Shown here one piece after another: positions 9,781-19,783 of a stretch of DNA of 64,000 nucleotides. Positions within the stretch are counted from its first letter, which is position 1. Each line of letters opens with the position of its first letter. Source of the stretch: Gammaproteobacteria bacterium. GTDB lineage: Bacteria; Pseudomonadota; Gammaproteobacteria; JACCYU01. The stretch spans positions 402 to 64,401 of the forward strand of contig JACCZW010000097.1 in NCBI GenBank assembly GCA_013695765.1, written 5' to 3'. The translations under genes and the position numbers were made by a program. The notes under the pieces were generated by a model, which was not told where the DNA came from, did no database searches, and worked only from the letters and a program-made list of their open reading frames with translations.

Positions 9781-9950
9781 GCTGGTTTCCTGCCTGAGTT
9801 CGGGCTATTTTTTTGAGCGAAGATGACCACCGTGGTCGTCGTCCTCATCGCGGACGGCTGCCGCACTTGTCGGCTAATCTGAGGCCGCGCCTGTTATGCA
9901 CTTTGGGGAAGTCGCGCAAAGCAACGCCTGCGTGTAAGTGTATCGAGCCT

Positions 9951-10523
9951 TTACTTGTCCTTGCTTTTTTTTTCTTCTTCGCCATCTTCTTCTTTCTCGG
10001 GATCAACGTCCGCTGAGTCCTCCCGGGTTTCCTCGGCGTGACGGGTCAGCCACTGGAATAGACCCAGGCCGATTAACGCGAACACCGCCACCGCCAGCAG
10101 CGCGGCGGGATAGAACAGCAGGTAAGGTTCGTCCTTGTTCTGAAACACGATGACCAGCGCCTCCAGGCTCACCGCGATGATGATGATGGTGAAGAACATG
10201 GTCAGCGAGCGGCGCGCTTCGGAAATTCTGGCCAGTTCCCGCTCCTTGACCACCTGTTCTTCGAGCAGAAACTTGGCGACATCGAAGACCGCGAAGGCGA
10301 TGATAATGAGACCGACGCTGTCCAGCAGTTGGGCGAGAAACGGCTTGCCCGCCCATACCTCGCCGGTCATGGCCCAGATCGCCGAGCCGACCATGGCGAG
10401 CGCCAGCAATTGCAGTGCGAAGGCCGCGACGATGTACAGCGCCTTCGATCCCAGATTGAAAATCCGGAGCTCCCACGACAGGGGTTGTTCGTCGTCTTTA
10501 TCCCGCTTTTCGCTCATGGTCAT
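9951..10523 (-). CDS. hypothetical polytopic membrane protein (about 4 TM, acidic Lys/Glu/Asp-rich C-terminus)
   Basis: 190 aa ORF starting 6 nt downstream of the AI-2E gene stop. Hydrophobic segments; no recognisable family. Confidence 0.5.
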   Translation of the reverse strand: MTMSEKRDKDDEQPLSWELRIFNLGSKALYIVAAFALQLLALAMVGSAIWAMTGEVWAGKPFLAQLLDSVGLIIIAFAVFDVAKFLLEEQVVKERELARISEARRSLTMFFTIIIIAVSLEALVIVFQNKDEPYLLFYPAALLAVAVFALIGLGLFQWLTRHAEETREDSADVDPEKEEDGEEEKKSKDK

Positions 10524-10529
10524 CTCAGT

Positions 10530-12443
10530 TCATGTGTTGCGATCAATGACCGCGACGCGTTCGTTCATGCGTTGCCGCGCCCACTTGACACCCGCCGCCA
10601 GGTTCGCCAACACCGCGTCGGCGCCGGCCTCGTTAAGCCTTGGGGCTACGCGGGCGGCATACACGGGATTATTCCATACGCCCACCGCAACCCTGGCTTT
10701 CGGAAATTGCTGCTTTAGCCGTTTGCAGAGATACCGCGTGTGCGCAAGCGCCTTCGGCGGCAGGGCGGAGACGCACACCACAGGCTGCTCGCTCTCACCA
10801 ACGCGCTTCACCATCTCGCTCGCCAGACTCTTGATGGACAGGTGCTGAGCACCGATGCCCTGCACCTTCAGCACCTGCGCGAACATGCGCGCCGTCAGTT
10901 CATCGGCCAGATCGCGCGACGGCAGACACATCAGTTCGAAAGCCTGATGATGCGGCTCGATGGCCCTGCCGTTCGCGGCGATGCTGTCCTGCGTGCCGAG
11001 GGCATCGACGATCTCACTCGCGCTCTCGATTATGGATTGCTCCAACTCCGGCTCCAGGTGCCCGTCGTGACGATCGCGCTCCGCCAGTGCGAGGGCCGGA
11101 ATGATGACCTGATCGTAGACGCTCATGAGACCGTCGCCGGAGTGCTCCCGTGCGAGTTGCATGGCGCCCTCGTGATCGCCCGCCAGCAGGCGCTGATAAA
11201 AGCGTTCGGTAGCCGACAAGGCGGGTTCCTTGCCCAGCAGAATGGTAAAAAACTCGAACTGCGGCAGATGCCGGCCTGCGACCACCAGGCACACGGTGAG
11301 CGGAATGGCCAGCAGCAGCCCCACCCCGCCCCAAAGGGAACTCCAGAAGATTACCGCCAGCAGCACCGCCACGGGCGAGAGACCGGTGCTCGCGCCGTAC
11401 AGCCACGGTTCCATAACCATATTGGTGAATGATTCCAGGACGATAAACAGCGCCACCACCGCCGCCGGCAAGATCCAGCCATCGAATACCGCCAGTGACA
11501 ACAGGATGGGCATGGATGCCGCCAGCCAGGGGCCGACGTAAGGGATGAAACGCAGCAACATTCCCAGCAGCCCCCACAGCAGCGCGCCGGGCAAGCCTAT
11601 GATTGCCAGGCCAATCGCAATCGGCACGCCGTAACACGTGTTGATCAGCAGTTGTGTCCGCAGATAGCGGCCAATACGGTCGCCCGCGTCGTTCAGGGCA
11701 CGGGTGGTCACGTCCAGGCGGTCGCGACTCATGAGCCGGATCAGGCGGTCGCGCAAATCCTCGCGCTGCAACAGGAAGAAAATGACCAGCACCACAGCCA
11801 GCCCCAGCCGCGCCAACGGGATCAACGCCGGAGAAACATAGTCCCTGAGAAGTTCGAAGGTCGACGGGGACTCTTCCAGCATCTCGACCAGGACTGGCGC
11901 CCGCGACTGATCGGTTAATGGCTCGTCGCCTTGAAGTCCGCGCGCCCCTTGTGGCTCCGCGACGTCCGGTTCTGCCGCGGATGGTTTCTTTCTAATGTCC
12001 TCCCTAATCGCGAAGAAAGTCTCCGCCGCCCGCTCGAAGACACCACCCTCGCCGCCCTGCAGGCTCAAGAATCGTTGCGTAATATTATCCTGGTATTTGG
12101 GCAGAGATTCCGCAAGGCTGACGACCTGGTTGGACACCATCAGGCCGACTAACCCAAGGATCGAAAAAGCAAAGATGACAGTCGCAATGACGCTGGGTAC
12201 CGGCGGCAGGCGCCAGCGCTCCAGGCGATCGGCCGCCGGCGCGAGCACGAAGCTCAGCAGCACCGCCAGCGCGATCGGGATCAACACGTCCTGCCCCAGA
12301 TAAAGCCCGGCGATGACCATCAGCCCCAGACCGAACCGTATCAGCGGTAGCGCGGCATCGGGCTGTGACTGTTTTGGCATGGCGCGCGGCGGATGCGGGT
12401 TCAGCGACGAAGCTGGAACGCCAGACCGCAATGGCGCCAGCAA
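10530..12443 (-). CDS. AI-2E family transporter (PerM/UPF0118-like) fused to a C-terminal B12-binding-like (CarH/MerR-type) two-domain module
   Basis: 637 aa. Residues about 20-400 form a typical AI-2E permease core. The C-terminal 230 aa align from memory with the CarH B12-binding helical bundle (ERFYQRLLAGDHEGAMQL..YDQVIIPALALAERD) plus a Rossmann-like half ending VAVGVWNN. The canonical His of ExHxxG is replaced (SRDLADEL). Confidence 0.7.
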   Translation of the reverse strand: MLAPLRSGVPASSLNPHPPRAMPKQSQPDAALPLIRFGLGLMVIAGLYLGQDVLIPIALAVLLSFVLAPAADRLERWRLPPVPSVIATVIFAFSILGLVGLMVSNQVVSLAESLPKYQDNITQRFLSLQGGEGGVFERAAETFFAIREDIRKKPSAAEPDVAEPQGARGLQGDEPLTDQSRAPVLVEMLEESPSTFELLRDYVSPALIPLARLGLAVVLVIFFLLQREDLRDRLIRLMSRDRLDVTTRALNDAGDRIGRYLRTQLLINTCYGVPIAIGLAIIGLPGALLWGLLGMLLRFIPYVGPWLAASMPILLSLAVFDGWILPAAVVALFIVLESFTNMVMEPWLYGASTGLSPVAVLLAVIFWSSLWGGVGLLLAIPLTVCLVVAGRHLPQFEFFTILLGKEPALSATERFYQRLLAGDHEGAMQLAREHSGDGLMSVYDQVIIPALALAERDRHDGHLEPELEQSIIESASEIVDALGTQDSIAANGRAIEPHHQAFELMCLPSRDLADELTARMFAQVLKVQGIGAQHLSIKSLASEMVKRVGESEQPVVCVSALPPKALAHTRYLCKRLKQQFPKARVAVGVWNNPVYAARVAPRLNEAGADAVLANLAAGVKWARQRMNERVAVIDRNT

Positions 12444-12560
12444 CGCGCGATCGCAAGCGTGGTGACATTACCGCTGGCTGATTCACTACAGCGCCGCGCT
12501 GGCGTTGACCTGTCACCGCGCGCGTAATCTCGACTGGTCTCCGTGTGCGACCCTCGAAAT

Positions 12561-14267
12561 TCAGCCTTCATCGGTGATCGCACCGCGCGAGGCGGAGCTG
12601 ACCTGACGGGCATACTTCGCCAGCACCCCGCGCGAGTATCGCGCCTTAGGTGGTTTCCAGGACGCCAGACGCGCGGCGATTTCCTCTTTCGTAAGCTCCA
12701 GATTGATCTGGCGTTTGTCAGCGTCGATGGTGATCGCATCGCCGTTTTTCACGATCGCGAGAGGACCGCCTTCCGCGGCTTCGGGCGTGATATGGCCGAC
12801 CACGAACCCGTGACTGCCGCCCGAGAAGCGTCCATCGGTAATGAGCGCCACATCTTTGCCCAAACCCTTGCCCATCACCGCAGAGGTCGGCGCCAGCATC
12901 TCGCGCATGCCAGGCCCGCCTCTGGGTCCTTCGTAACGGATGACCAGCACATCGCCCTTGACTACCGTGCCATCGAGTATCCGCTTAAGGGCTTCTTCTT
13001 CCGAGCCGAACACGCGCGCCTTGCCGGTAAACTGCACGCCCTCCTTGCCGGAGATCTTGGCGACCGCACCTTCGGGAGCCAGGTTGCCGTACATAATGAC
13101 CAGATGCCCGGTTTTTTTGATCGGGTCATCGAAGGCGCGCACAATCTCCTGTTTTTTGGGATAAGGCTTTACCTTTTTTAGATTCTGCGCAAGTGTCTTG
13201 CCGGTGACGGTAAGGCATTCGCCATGCAGCAGACCGCGGACAAGCAAATCTTTCATCAACGGCTGGATGCCGCCGATCGCGATCAGCTCCGACATCATGT
13301 AACGTCCGCTGGGCCGCAAATCCGCCAGCACCGGCACCTTTTTGCCGATGCGGGTGAATTCGTCGATCGAGAGCTTGACATCGGCAGCAAACGCCATCGC
13401 CAGCAGGTGCAGCACCGCGTTGGTGGAGCCGCCCAGCGCGGTGATGACCACGATGGCGTTCCTGAACGCCTTTTTGGTCATGATGTCGCGTGGGCGAATA
13501 TTCTTTTGAATTAACGCCATGACCGCGCCGCCAGCCTCGAAGCTGTCGCGAGCCTTTTCCTCCGATAACGCGCGCTGCGCTGAGCTGCCGGGCAGACTCA
13601 TGCCCAGCGCCTCGATCGCCGAGGCCATGGTGTTGGCCGTAAACATGCCGCCGCACGCGCCGGCGCCGGGGATGGCGCAACTTTCCACCGCGTGCAACTG
13701 TCTGGCCGTCATGCCGCCGCCGGCCTGCGCGCCGACAGCCTCGAACACCGATACGATGTCCAGGTTCCTGTCGTCCAGACGGCCAGGGCTAATGGTGCCG
13801 CCGTACACGAACACGGCGGGTCGGTTCAGCCGCGCCAGCGCCATGAGACAGCCCGGCATGTTCTTGTCGCAGCCGCCGATTGCCACCACGCCATCGAAAC
13901 CCTCGCAGGCGGTCACGGTTTCTATCGAATCCGCGATCACTTCGCGCGACACCAGCGAATATTTCATGCCCTCGGTGCCCATTGAAATGCCATCGGAAAT
14001 GGTGATGGTGTTGAAGATGATTGCTTTCGCTTTAGCCGCATCGGCGCCCGCGGCGGCCTCGCGCGCCAGCTTGTCGATGTGCATGTTGCAGGGCGTGACC
14101 ATGCTCCAGGTCGAGGCGATGCCGATCTGCGGCTTGCGGAAATCCTTGTCCTCGAAGCCGACTGCGCGCAGCATGGCGCGGCTGGGCGCGCGCTCGATTC
14201 CATCGACCATTTGCGCGGAAAACGGCCGTGGATTTTTGGTGCTTTTGGAGGCGGTGCGTTTGGCCAT
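12561..14267 (-). CDS. ilvD: dihydroxy-acid dehydratase
   Basis: 568 aa with ILVD/EDD signatures ([28 protein letters not shown]). Confidence 0.9.
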   Translation of the reverse strand: MAKRTASKSTKNPRPFSAQMVDGIERAPSRAMLRAVGFEDKDFRKPQIGIASTWSMVTPCNMHIDKLAREAAAGADAAKAKAIIFNTITISDGISMGTEGMKYSLVSREVIADSIETVTACEGFDGVVAIGGCDKNMPGCLMALARLNRPAVFVYGGTISPGRLDDRNLDIVSVFEAVGAQAGGGMTARQLHAVESCAIPGAGACGGMFTANTMASAIEALGMSLPGSSAQRALSEEKARDSFEAGGAVMALIQKNIRPRDIMTKKAFRNAIVVITALGGSTNAVLHLLAMAFAADVKLSIDEFTRIGKKVPVLADLRPSGRYMMSELIAIGGIQPLMKDLLVRGLLHGECLTVTGKTLAQNLKKVKPYPKKQEIVRAFDDPIKKTGHLVIMYGNLAPEGAVAKISGKEGVQFTGKARVFGSEEEALKRILDGTVVKGDVLVIRYEGPRGGPGMREMLAPTSAVMGKGLGKDVALITDGRFSGGSHGFVVGHITPEAAEGGPLAIVKNGDAITIDADKRQINLELTKEEIAARLASWKPPKARYSRGVLAKYARQVSSASRGAITDEG

Positions 14268-14281
14268 TCAAGATCGCCCTG

Positions 14282-15283
14282 TTAATGATATTGCCTGATG
14301 ATATGCGGATGCGCCGCATCGCCGCCGTTCAACCGCGGGCAGTGACTCGGTGACGGCCCGGCAGCGGTGGCAGCCCGCACTTCTTCCAGCGTCGCCCGAA
14401 AATCGGGGTTGCTATCCGAATCCACGGCGACGGCGCGTCTGGCCGCCGTCAGTGCCTGCCTGTCGCAACCAAGCTCGGACAGGCTGATGGCGAGATTGTT
14501 ATGCGCGGCGGCCGAATCCGGCGCCAGGGCGGTAGCAATCGCGAATGCACGCGCCGCGCCGCCCGCATCGTCCAGCGCGTAACGCGCATTACCCAGACCC
14601 ATGCGTATTAAAGCGTTGTGCGGCCAGTGACCGGCCGCCGCCCGATAGGCTTCGCGCGCCGCCCGCGGATGTCCGGTCTCCTCCAGCGCGGCCGCCGCCT
14701 CGAGGTAGCGCAGCGCATTATTGCCGTGCGGCATATGGTCCGGGGGCAACGGCGCAAACGCCCAGTAATCGCCGCGCGCCCAGGTGCGCTCGAAGACGCT
14801 TAAGGCCAGCCGGTAATTTCGACTTGCACCGGAATGCAGAATGAGTTCGCCGGTGTTCAGATCGTAGCCAATGGCGACCGCATAATGCCACCGCAGGTAC
14901 CAGTTGACGCCAAGGTTCTGCAACACCACCACGGGATGTTGCGCCGCAATCTCCGCGAGCAGATGTTGAAGATCGGGCGCCAGCACATAGGCGAGCAGCC
15001 CCTGCCCGCGGGTGGCGGCCAGCATTTCTGCCTGCAGGCTGCCCTGGAGTCCGGGGACGTACACGGCCCGCGCCAGCGCCGACTGCGTAACCTCGACCCC
15101 GTAGTATTTCATGGTCATGGCCAAGGCCGCCGGGCCACAGTAAAACGCCTGCTGCGCAAAGAAAGGGACATCCTCGATGAGAGTTTTTGCGGGCAGGGTA
15201 TCCGGCAGGGATTGCATCAGGCCACGGGTTTGCGAAGGTGCGCAGCCATGTACGAGCAGTGTCACCATCGCGCACAGGAGCAT
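14282..15283 (-). CDS. PA2778-family periplasmic cysteine peptidase lipoprotein with C-terminal TPR repeats
   Basis: Lipobox LLVHGC. N-terminal papain/C39-like domain (FYCGPAALAMTMKYYG ... WHYAVAIGYD). TPR-like C-terminus. Confidence 0.6.
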   Translation of the reverse strand: MLLCAMVTLLVHGCAPSQTRGLMQSLPDTLPAKTLIEDVPFFAQQAFYCGPAALAMTMKYYGVEVTQSALARAVYVPGLQGSLQAEMLAATRGQGLLAYVLAPDLQHLLAEIAAQHPVVVLQNLGVNWYLRWHYAVAIGYDLNTGELILHSGASRNYRLALSVFERTWARGDYWAFAPLPPDHMPHGNNALRYLEAAAALEETGHPRAAREAYRAAAGHWPHNALIRMGLGNARYALDDAGGAARAFAIATALAPDSAAAHNNLAISLSELGCDRQALTAARRAVAVDSDSNPDFRATLEEVRAATAAGPSPSHCPRLNGGDAAHPHIIRQYH

Positions 15284-15317
15284 TGCCGGTGCGGGGCCAT
15301 GGCGACCGCGCCGCGCG

Positions 15318-15698
15318 CTAGAACTGGGTGAAGATATCGGTGATGCCCACCAGTTCGAGAATAACCACTACCAGTCCTGCGATGACCAGCACCTCGATGA
15401 CACCGGCGCCGGCCGGCAGTTTGTCGAAATCCGCCTGCGCCAACTGGCGCACCTCACGATCGGTGAGCGCATCGATGCGCTTTTTCGCTTCTTTCGGCGA
15501 GATGCCATGCTCGGCGAGTAGCACGCGTACTTCTTCACGTTCCACCGCGTTGCTCAGGCGCTCGCGATCCCAATCGGCTGTGGCTTTATTGACCAGGGCT
15601 TGTGTGCCGACCATGTCCGCGTAGGCCGGCATCACCGGTGTGATCATGAGGGCTGAAGTCAGCACGTAGGCCAGAAATCTGCTGAGACGTGAGCGCAT
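15318..15698 (-). CDS. PA2779-family protein (signal peptide, C-terminal TM anchor)
   Basis: 126 aa small exported protein immediately upstream of the PA2778-like peptidase. This pairing is conserved as recalled. Confidence 0.5.
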   Translation of the reverse strand: MRSRLSRFLAYVLTSALMITPVMPAYADMVGTQALVNKATADWDRERLSNAVEREEVRVLLAEHGISPKEAKKRIDALTDREVRQLAQADFDKLPAGAGVIEVLVIAGLVVVILELVGITDIFTQF

Positions 15699-15879
15699 GA
15701 TTTATTTCTCCTGAAGATTCTGGATGACGCCGCCCGCCGGGCGTTGCCTTGTACGTTTCCAATAGTCATTGACGGTCGATCAAAAAGCAACAGCCCGCCC
15801 GGGATTTGTCTTCCCGCATCGATATTCCCGGAACATCGCGCGCCGACACTATTTAACCCCCGCGTGCACGACTAAGGTG

Positions 15880-16977
15880 TCACGCCCGCCTGAACATGAC
15901 CGGATGCCGCAAGCTTACCTCGATCCCGATCTCGTCGCCGACGCCGTGTCGCTGGTGGCTGGGCGCGAAGCATAGCAACCTTGCGCCGCTCGCGAGCCTC
16001 AGGGTGTAAAGAAATTCGGCGCCACGAAACTGACGGCGCTCGATGCGCGCGCGCAACGGACTGCTGTCGTTGTGCTGGACATCGTGGGGCCGAATCAGCA
16101 CCTCGACCTTGTCGCGCGGGACGTAGGACGCCTCCCGCGGTCCGTCGAGTATTCCCAGTTCCGTCTCTATTCGGTTCAGGCCCAAAAAGCGTCCGGGCAG
16201 CATCACGCCCATGCCGATGAAGTCGGCCGCGAAACGGCTCGCGGGCCGGTGATAAAGATCGTACGCGCTGTCCCATTGTACGATGCGCCCGGCGTGCATC
16301 AGGCCGATGTCGTCGGCGACGGTGAAGGCTTCGAACTGATCGTGCGTCACCAGCAGCGCGGTCACTCCTTCCCGTTTCAGGATCGCGCGAATATCGTCGG
16401 CCAGCTGCTCGCGCAACTCGGCGTCCAGGGTCGAGAACGGTTCGTCGAGCAGCAGCATTTCCGGGCGCGGCGCCATCGCCCGCGCTAGTGCAATGCGCTG
16501 CTGTTGACCACCGGAAATCTGATGCGGAAATTTTTTCGCCTGCTCCGCGAGATCCATCAGGGCCAGCAACTCTTCGACTCGCGCCTGCTGCTCACGGGAC
16601 GATAATTTCCGGATTCCGAAGCGTATATTGTCGTAAACGTTCAGGTGTGGAAACAAGGCGAGATCCTGAAACAGCATGCCGACTCTGCGCTGTTCCGGCG
16701 GCACATGCAGACCGGGCCCGCTCACTGGCGCGCCGTGCAACCGGATGCGTCCGCGGGTCACAGGCTCAAAACCCGCGATCGCGCGCAGCAAGGTAGTCTT
16801 GCCGCAGCCGCTGGGTCCCAGGAGGCAGCCGATATGGCCCTCCGGCAGATCGAAGCTGATGCCTCGGACCACGGGATTACTCTGCAAGGCGACATCGATA
16901 TCGGCGACTTCCAGCCGCATGGCCGCCCGTTGCGGCACGCCGGCGCCGGTTGGCATCGGCGCGTTACGCATGGTCAC
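15880..16977 (-). CDS. ABC transporter ATP-binding protein, Fe(3+)/polyamine importer type (FbpC/PotA-like)
   Basis: Walker A GPSGCGKTT, signature ISGGQQQRIALARA, Walker B LLLDEP, and a C-terminal TOBE-like domain. Confidence 0.85.
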   Translation of the reverse strand: MTMRNAPMPTGAGVPQRAAMRLEVADIDVALQSNPVVRGISFDLPEGHIGCLLGPSGCGKTTLLRAIAGFEPVTRGRIRLHGAPVSGPGLHVPPEQRRVGMLFQDLALFPHLNVYDNIRFGIRKLSSREQQARVEELLALMDLAEQAKKFPHQISGGQQQRIALARAMAPRPEMLLLDEPFSTLDAELREQLADDIRAILKREGVTALLVTHDQFEAFTVADDIGLMHAGRIVQWDSAYDLYHRPASRFAADFIGMGVMLPGRFLGLNRIETELGILDGPREASYVPRDKVEVLIRPHDVQHNDSSPLRARIERRQFRGAEFLYTLRLASGARLLCFAPSHQRHGVGDEIGIEVSLRHPVMFRRA

Positions 16978-18661
16978 CGGCGCGTGCGCGAGTGATGGAG
17001 CGGCTTAACAATATCACCGGCGCGATGCCGGCCAGCACGATGGTCAGGGCGGCGCTGGCGGAATCGGCCAAGCGTTCGTCGGACGCCAGTTCGAATGCGC
17101 GCACCGCCAGGGTGTTGAAGTCGAACGGCCGCATGACCAGTGTCGCCGGCAGCTCTTTCATGACGTCGACGAACACCAGCAGCAGCGCGGAAAGCAAGGT
17201 GCCGCGCATGATCGGCATGTGGATTTCGCGCAGCACCGCCGCGGGCGCGCGCCCGAGCAAGCGCGCGGCGTCATCCATGGCGGGGTTGATCTTGCTCAAG
17301 CCCGCCTCCACCGCGTGCAGCGACACGGCCAGAAAGCGCACCGAATAAGCGAAGAGCAGGGCGAACAAGGTGCCGCTCAACAGCAATCCGGTGGATAGTC
17401 CGAACGTGCCGCGCAGCCACGCATCCAGCGCGTTGTCCAGGGATGCCAGCGGGATCATCACGCCGATCGCGACCACCACGCCGGGAATGGCGTAACCCAT
17501 GCCCGCCAGGCTTACGGCGAAACGGACCAACGGGCGGGTGCCGCGCATGCGCCGGCCGTAGGCCATCACCAGCGCCAGCAGCAGCACACACACGGCGGCG
17601 GTCGCCGCCAGCCCGATGCTGTTGGCGGCCAGGGTGATGAACTCCGCGTCCACCGTGTGGCCGGCGGTCTGTATCGCCCACGACGTGAGTTGACCCGCCG
17701 GCACCAGAAAGCCGAACAGCAACGGTGTAGCGCACACGGCGAACGCGGCGAGCGCGCCCATGCCCGTCAGTTCGAAGCGCGGCAGCGGCTGGTAGCGCTG
17801 ACTGGTGTGATGAAAACGCGCCTGGCGGCGCGAGCCGCGTTCGAGCATTACCAGCGCGAACACGAACAGCATCAGTATCGCGGCCAGTTGCGCGGCGGCA
17901 GCGCTGTCGCCCAGCCCGAACCAGGTGCGAAAAATGCCGGTGGTAAACGTGTTCACGCCGAAGTACTGCACCGTGCCGTAATCCGCCAGAGTCTCCATCA
18001 GCGCCAGCGACACGCCGGTTATGATGGCCGGACGCGCCATTGGAAGCGCCACGCGCCGGAATGCGGCCCAGGTGCTAAGCCCGAGACTGCGCGCGGTCTC
18101 CAGCGCGCACACTGACTGGTCCAGAAACGCCGCGCGCGCCAGCAGATAGACGTATGGGTACAGCACCAGCGAAAGCATCGTTATGGCGCCGCCCAGCGAG
18201 CGGATCTCGGGAAACCAGTAATCGCCGTATTGCCAGCCCGTTAAGTCGCGCAGCCCTGTCTGCACCGGCCCGGCAAAATCCAGCATCCCCGTGTAGGTGT
18301 AGGCGATGATGTACGCCGGCATCGCCAGCGGCAGCAGCAACGCCCACTCGAATACCGTCCGTCCGGGAAACCGGCAGGTGCTGCACAGCCAGGCCGTGGA
18401 GACACCCAGGCTCAAGGCGCCGACCGCGACCCCCAGCATCAACGCCAGCGAGTTGAGGATATAACCCTTGAGCACCGTGTCGGCCAGATGCGCCCAAATC
18501 GCGCCCGCCGGGTGGAACACGAAGCTCGCAACGGTGAGCAACGGCAGTGCGAGCACCGTGGCAATGGCAAGCACACCCGCGTCCCAGGCGCCCGGCCGCC
18601 CCCAGATCGCGCGGGGGCGGGCCGGGGCGAATGGCAATGTGCCGGCCGGGACGCTGCTCAT
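16964..18661 (-). CDS. ABC transporter permease, two-domain iron(III)-type (FbpB-like)
   Basis: 565 aa, about 12 TM, duplicated permease domain. Overlaps the ATPase gene by 14 nt. Confidence 0.8.
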   Translation of the reverse strand: MSSVPAGTLPFAPARPRAIWGRPGAWDAGVLAIATVLALPLLTVASFVFHPAGAIWAHLADTVLKGYILNSLALMLGVAVGALSLGVSTAWLCSTCRFPGRTVFEWALLLPLAMPAYIIAYTYTGMLDFAGPVQTGLRDLTGWQYGDYWFPEIRSLGGAITMLSLVLYPYVYLLARAAFLDQSVCALETARSLGLSTWAAFRRVALPMARPAIITGVSLALMETLADYGTVQYFGVNTFTTGIFRTWFGLGDSAAAAQLAAILMLFVFALVMLERGSRRQARFHHTSQRYQPLPRFELTGMGALAAFAVCATPLLFGFLVPAGQLTSWAIQTAGHTVDAEFITLAANSIGLAATAAVCVLLLALVMAYGRRMRGTRPLVRFAVSLAGMGYAIPGVVVAIGVMIPLASLDNALDAWLRGTFGLSTGLLLSGTLFALLFAYSVRFLAVSLHAVEAGLSKINPAMDDAARLLGRAPAAVLREIHMPIMRGTLLSALLLVFVDVMKELPATLVMRPFDFNTLAVRAFELASDERLADSASAALTIVLAGIAPVILLSRSITRARAGDHA

Positions 18662-18712
18662 GGGTTCAGGCTGACAGCTTCACGCCGTGGCGCGGCGTAG
18701 GTGGCTCGCACG

Positions 18713-19735
18713 TTACGGCCAGCCGACTCTATCCATCAGCTTTACGGCCTTCGCGTTGAGCTCGCCCAGCCGAGAAAGGTTCAGGTTATCGGCTTTGAAG
18801 CCGCCCCAGGAGCCCAAGGTTTCACTCGCCGCAACGCCGGCCTTGACGGGATACTCCTGATTGGCCTGCGCGTACCAGCGTTGCGCTTCGTCGCTGACCA
18901 GGAATTCCAGCAGCTTCACGGCGTCTTGCCGGTGCCGGGCAGCTTTGGTCACACCCGCGCCGCTGATGTTGACGTGCGTGCCGCGTCCCTCCTGATTGGG
19001 CCAGAAGATCGCCACTTTGCTGGCCGCTTCCTGCTGGCTGCGATCAGGATCGTTGAGCATCTGGCCGTAGTAATAAGTGTTGGCGATCGCGATATCGCAC
19101 ACCCCCGCCGCCGCGGCCTCGATCTGATCGCGGTCGCCGTCAGTGGGTTTGCGCGCGAAGTTGTTCACCAGTCGTCTGGCCCAGCGTTCGGTGCGTTTCT
19201 TGCCCAGGCTTGCGATCATCGAGGCGACCAGCGACTGGTTGTATATGTTGCTGGACGTGCGGATACAGATCTCCTTGCGCCAGCGTTTATCGGCCAGCGC
19301 CTCGTAAGTGGATAGCTGCGCCGGATCGACTCTTCCCTTCACGTACATCATGGGCCGCGCGCGCATCGACAGGCCGAACCAGTAACCGTCGGTGTCTCGA
19401 TAGTTAACCGGTATCGCGGCATTGAGAATGGCGGACTCAACCGGCTGTAGCAGACCCAGCATTTGGGCGCGATGCAGACGGCCGGCGTCGGTGGTGATCA
19501 GCACGTCGGCGGGTGTATTGCGGCCCTCGCTTGCCAGCCGCTGCAGCAACTCGTCGGCGTCGCCGGTCACCAGATTTACCTCGATGCCGGTCTGCTCGGT
19601 GAAATCGTCCAGCAAGGGCTTGATGAGCTGTTCTTCACGCGCGGAATAGACGCTAACCCCTTCACTGGACGAGTCGCAGCCGACGAGACTAAACATCGTA
19701 CAAAGCGCGATCGCGAGCTTGAGAATGGGTTTCAT
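18713..19735 (-). CDS. Fe(3+) ABC transporter periplasmic substrate-binding lipoprotein (FbpA/AfuA family)
   Basis: Lipobox LVGC; family-1 solute-binding fold. A Fur-box-like site lies just upstream. Confidence 0.8.
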   Translation of the reverse strand: MKPILKLAIALCTMFSLVGCDSSSEGVSVYSAREEQLIKPLLDDFTEQTGIEVNLVTGDADELLQRLASEGRNTPADVLITTDAGRLHRAQMLGLLQPVESAILNAAIPVNYRDTDGYWFGLSMRARPMMYVKGRVDPAQLSTYEALADKRWRKEICIRTSSNIYNQSLVASMIASLGKKRTERWARRLVNNFARKPTDGDRDQIEAAAAGVCDIAIANTYYYGQMLNDPDRSQQEAASKVAIFWPNQEGRGTHVNISGAGVTKAARHRQDAVKLLEFLVSDEAQRWYAQANQEYPVKAGVAASETLGSWGGFKADNLNLSRLGELNAKAVKLMDRVGWP

Positions 19736-19764
19736 AAATGGGGCTCCAATAAATTAGTCGTCGG

Positions 19765-19783
19765 CGCAGGATACCATAATGAG
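19765..19783. promoter_or_regulatory. putative Fur box upstream of the Fe(3+) ABC operon
   Basis: CATAATGAGAAACATTATC matches the GATAATGATAATCATTATC consensus at 16 of 19 positions. It sits about 30 nt upstream of the divergent substrate-binding-protein start. Confidence 0.5.

Noticed and set aside
9406-9950. 6S RNA on the minus strand co-directional with the 5-FCL gene, the canonical ssrS-ygfA arrangement
   Set aside because: The sequence-specific matches to the 6S 5' bubble strand (GAUAUxUxAxACCACAA..CCGCGGUUG) are on the plus strand. The minus strand lacks them.
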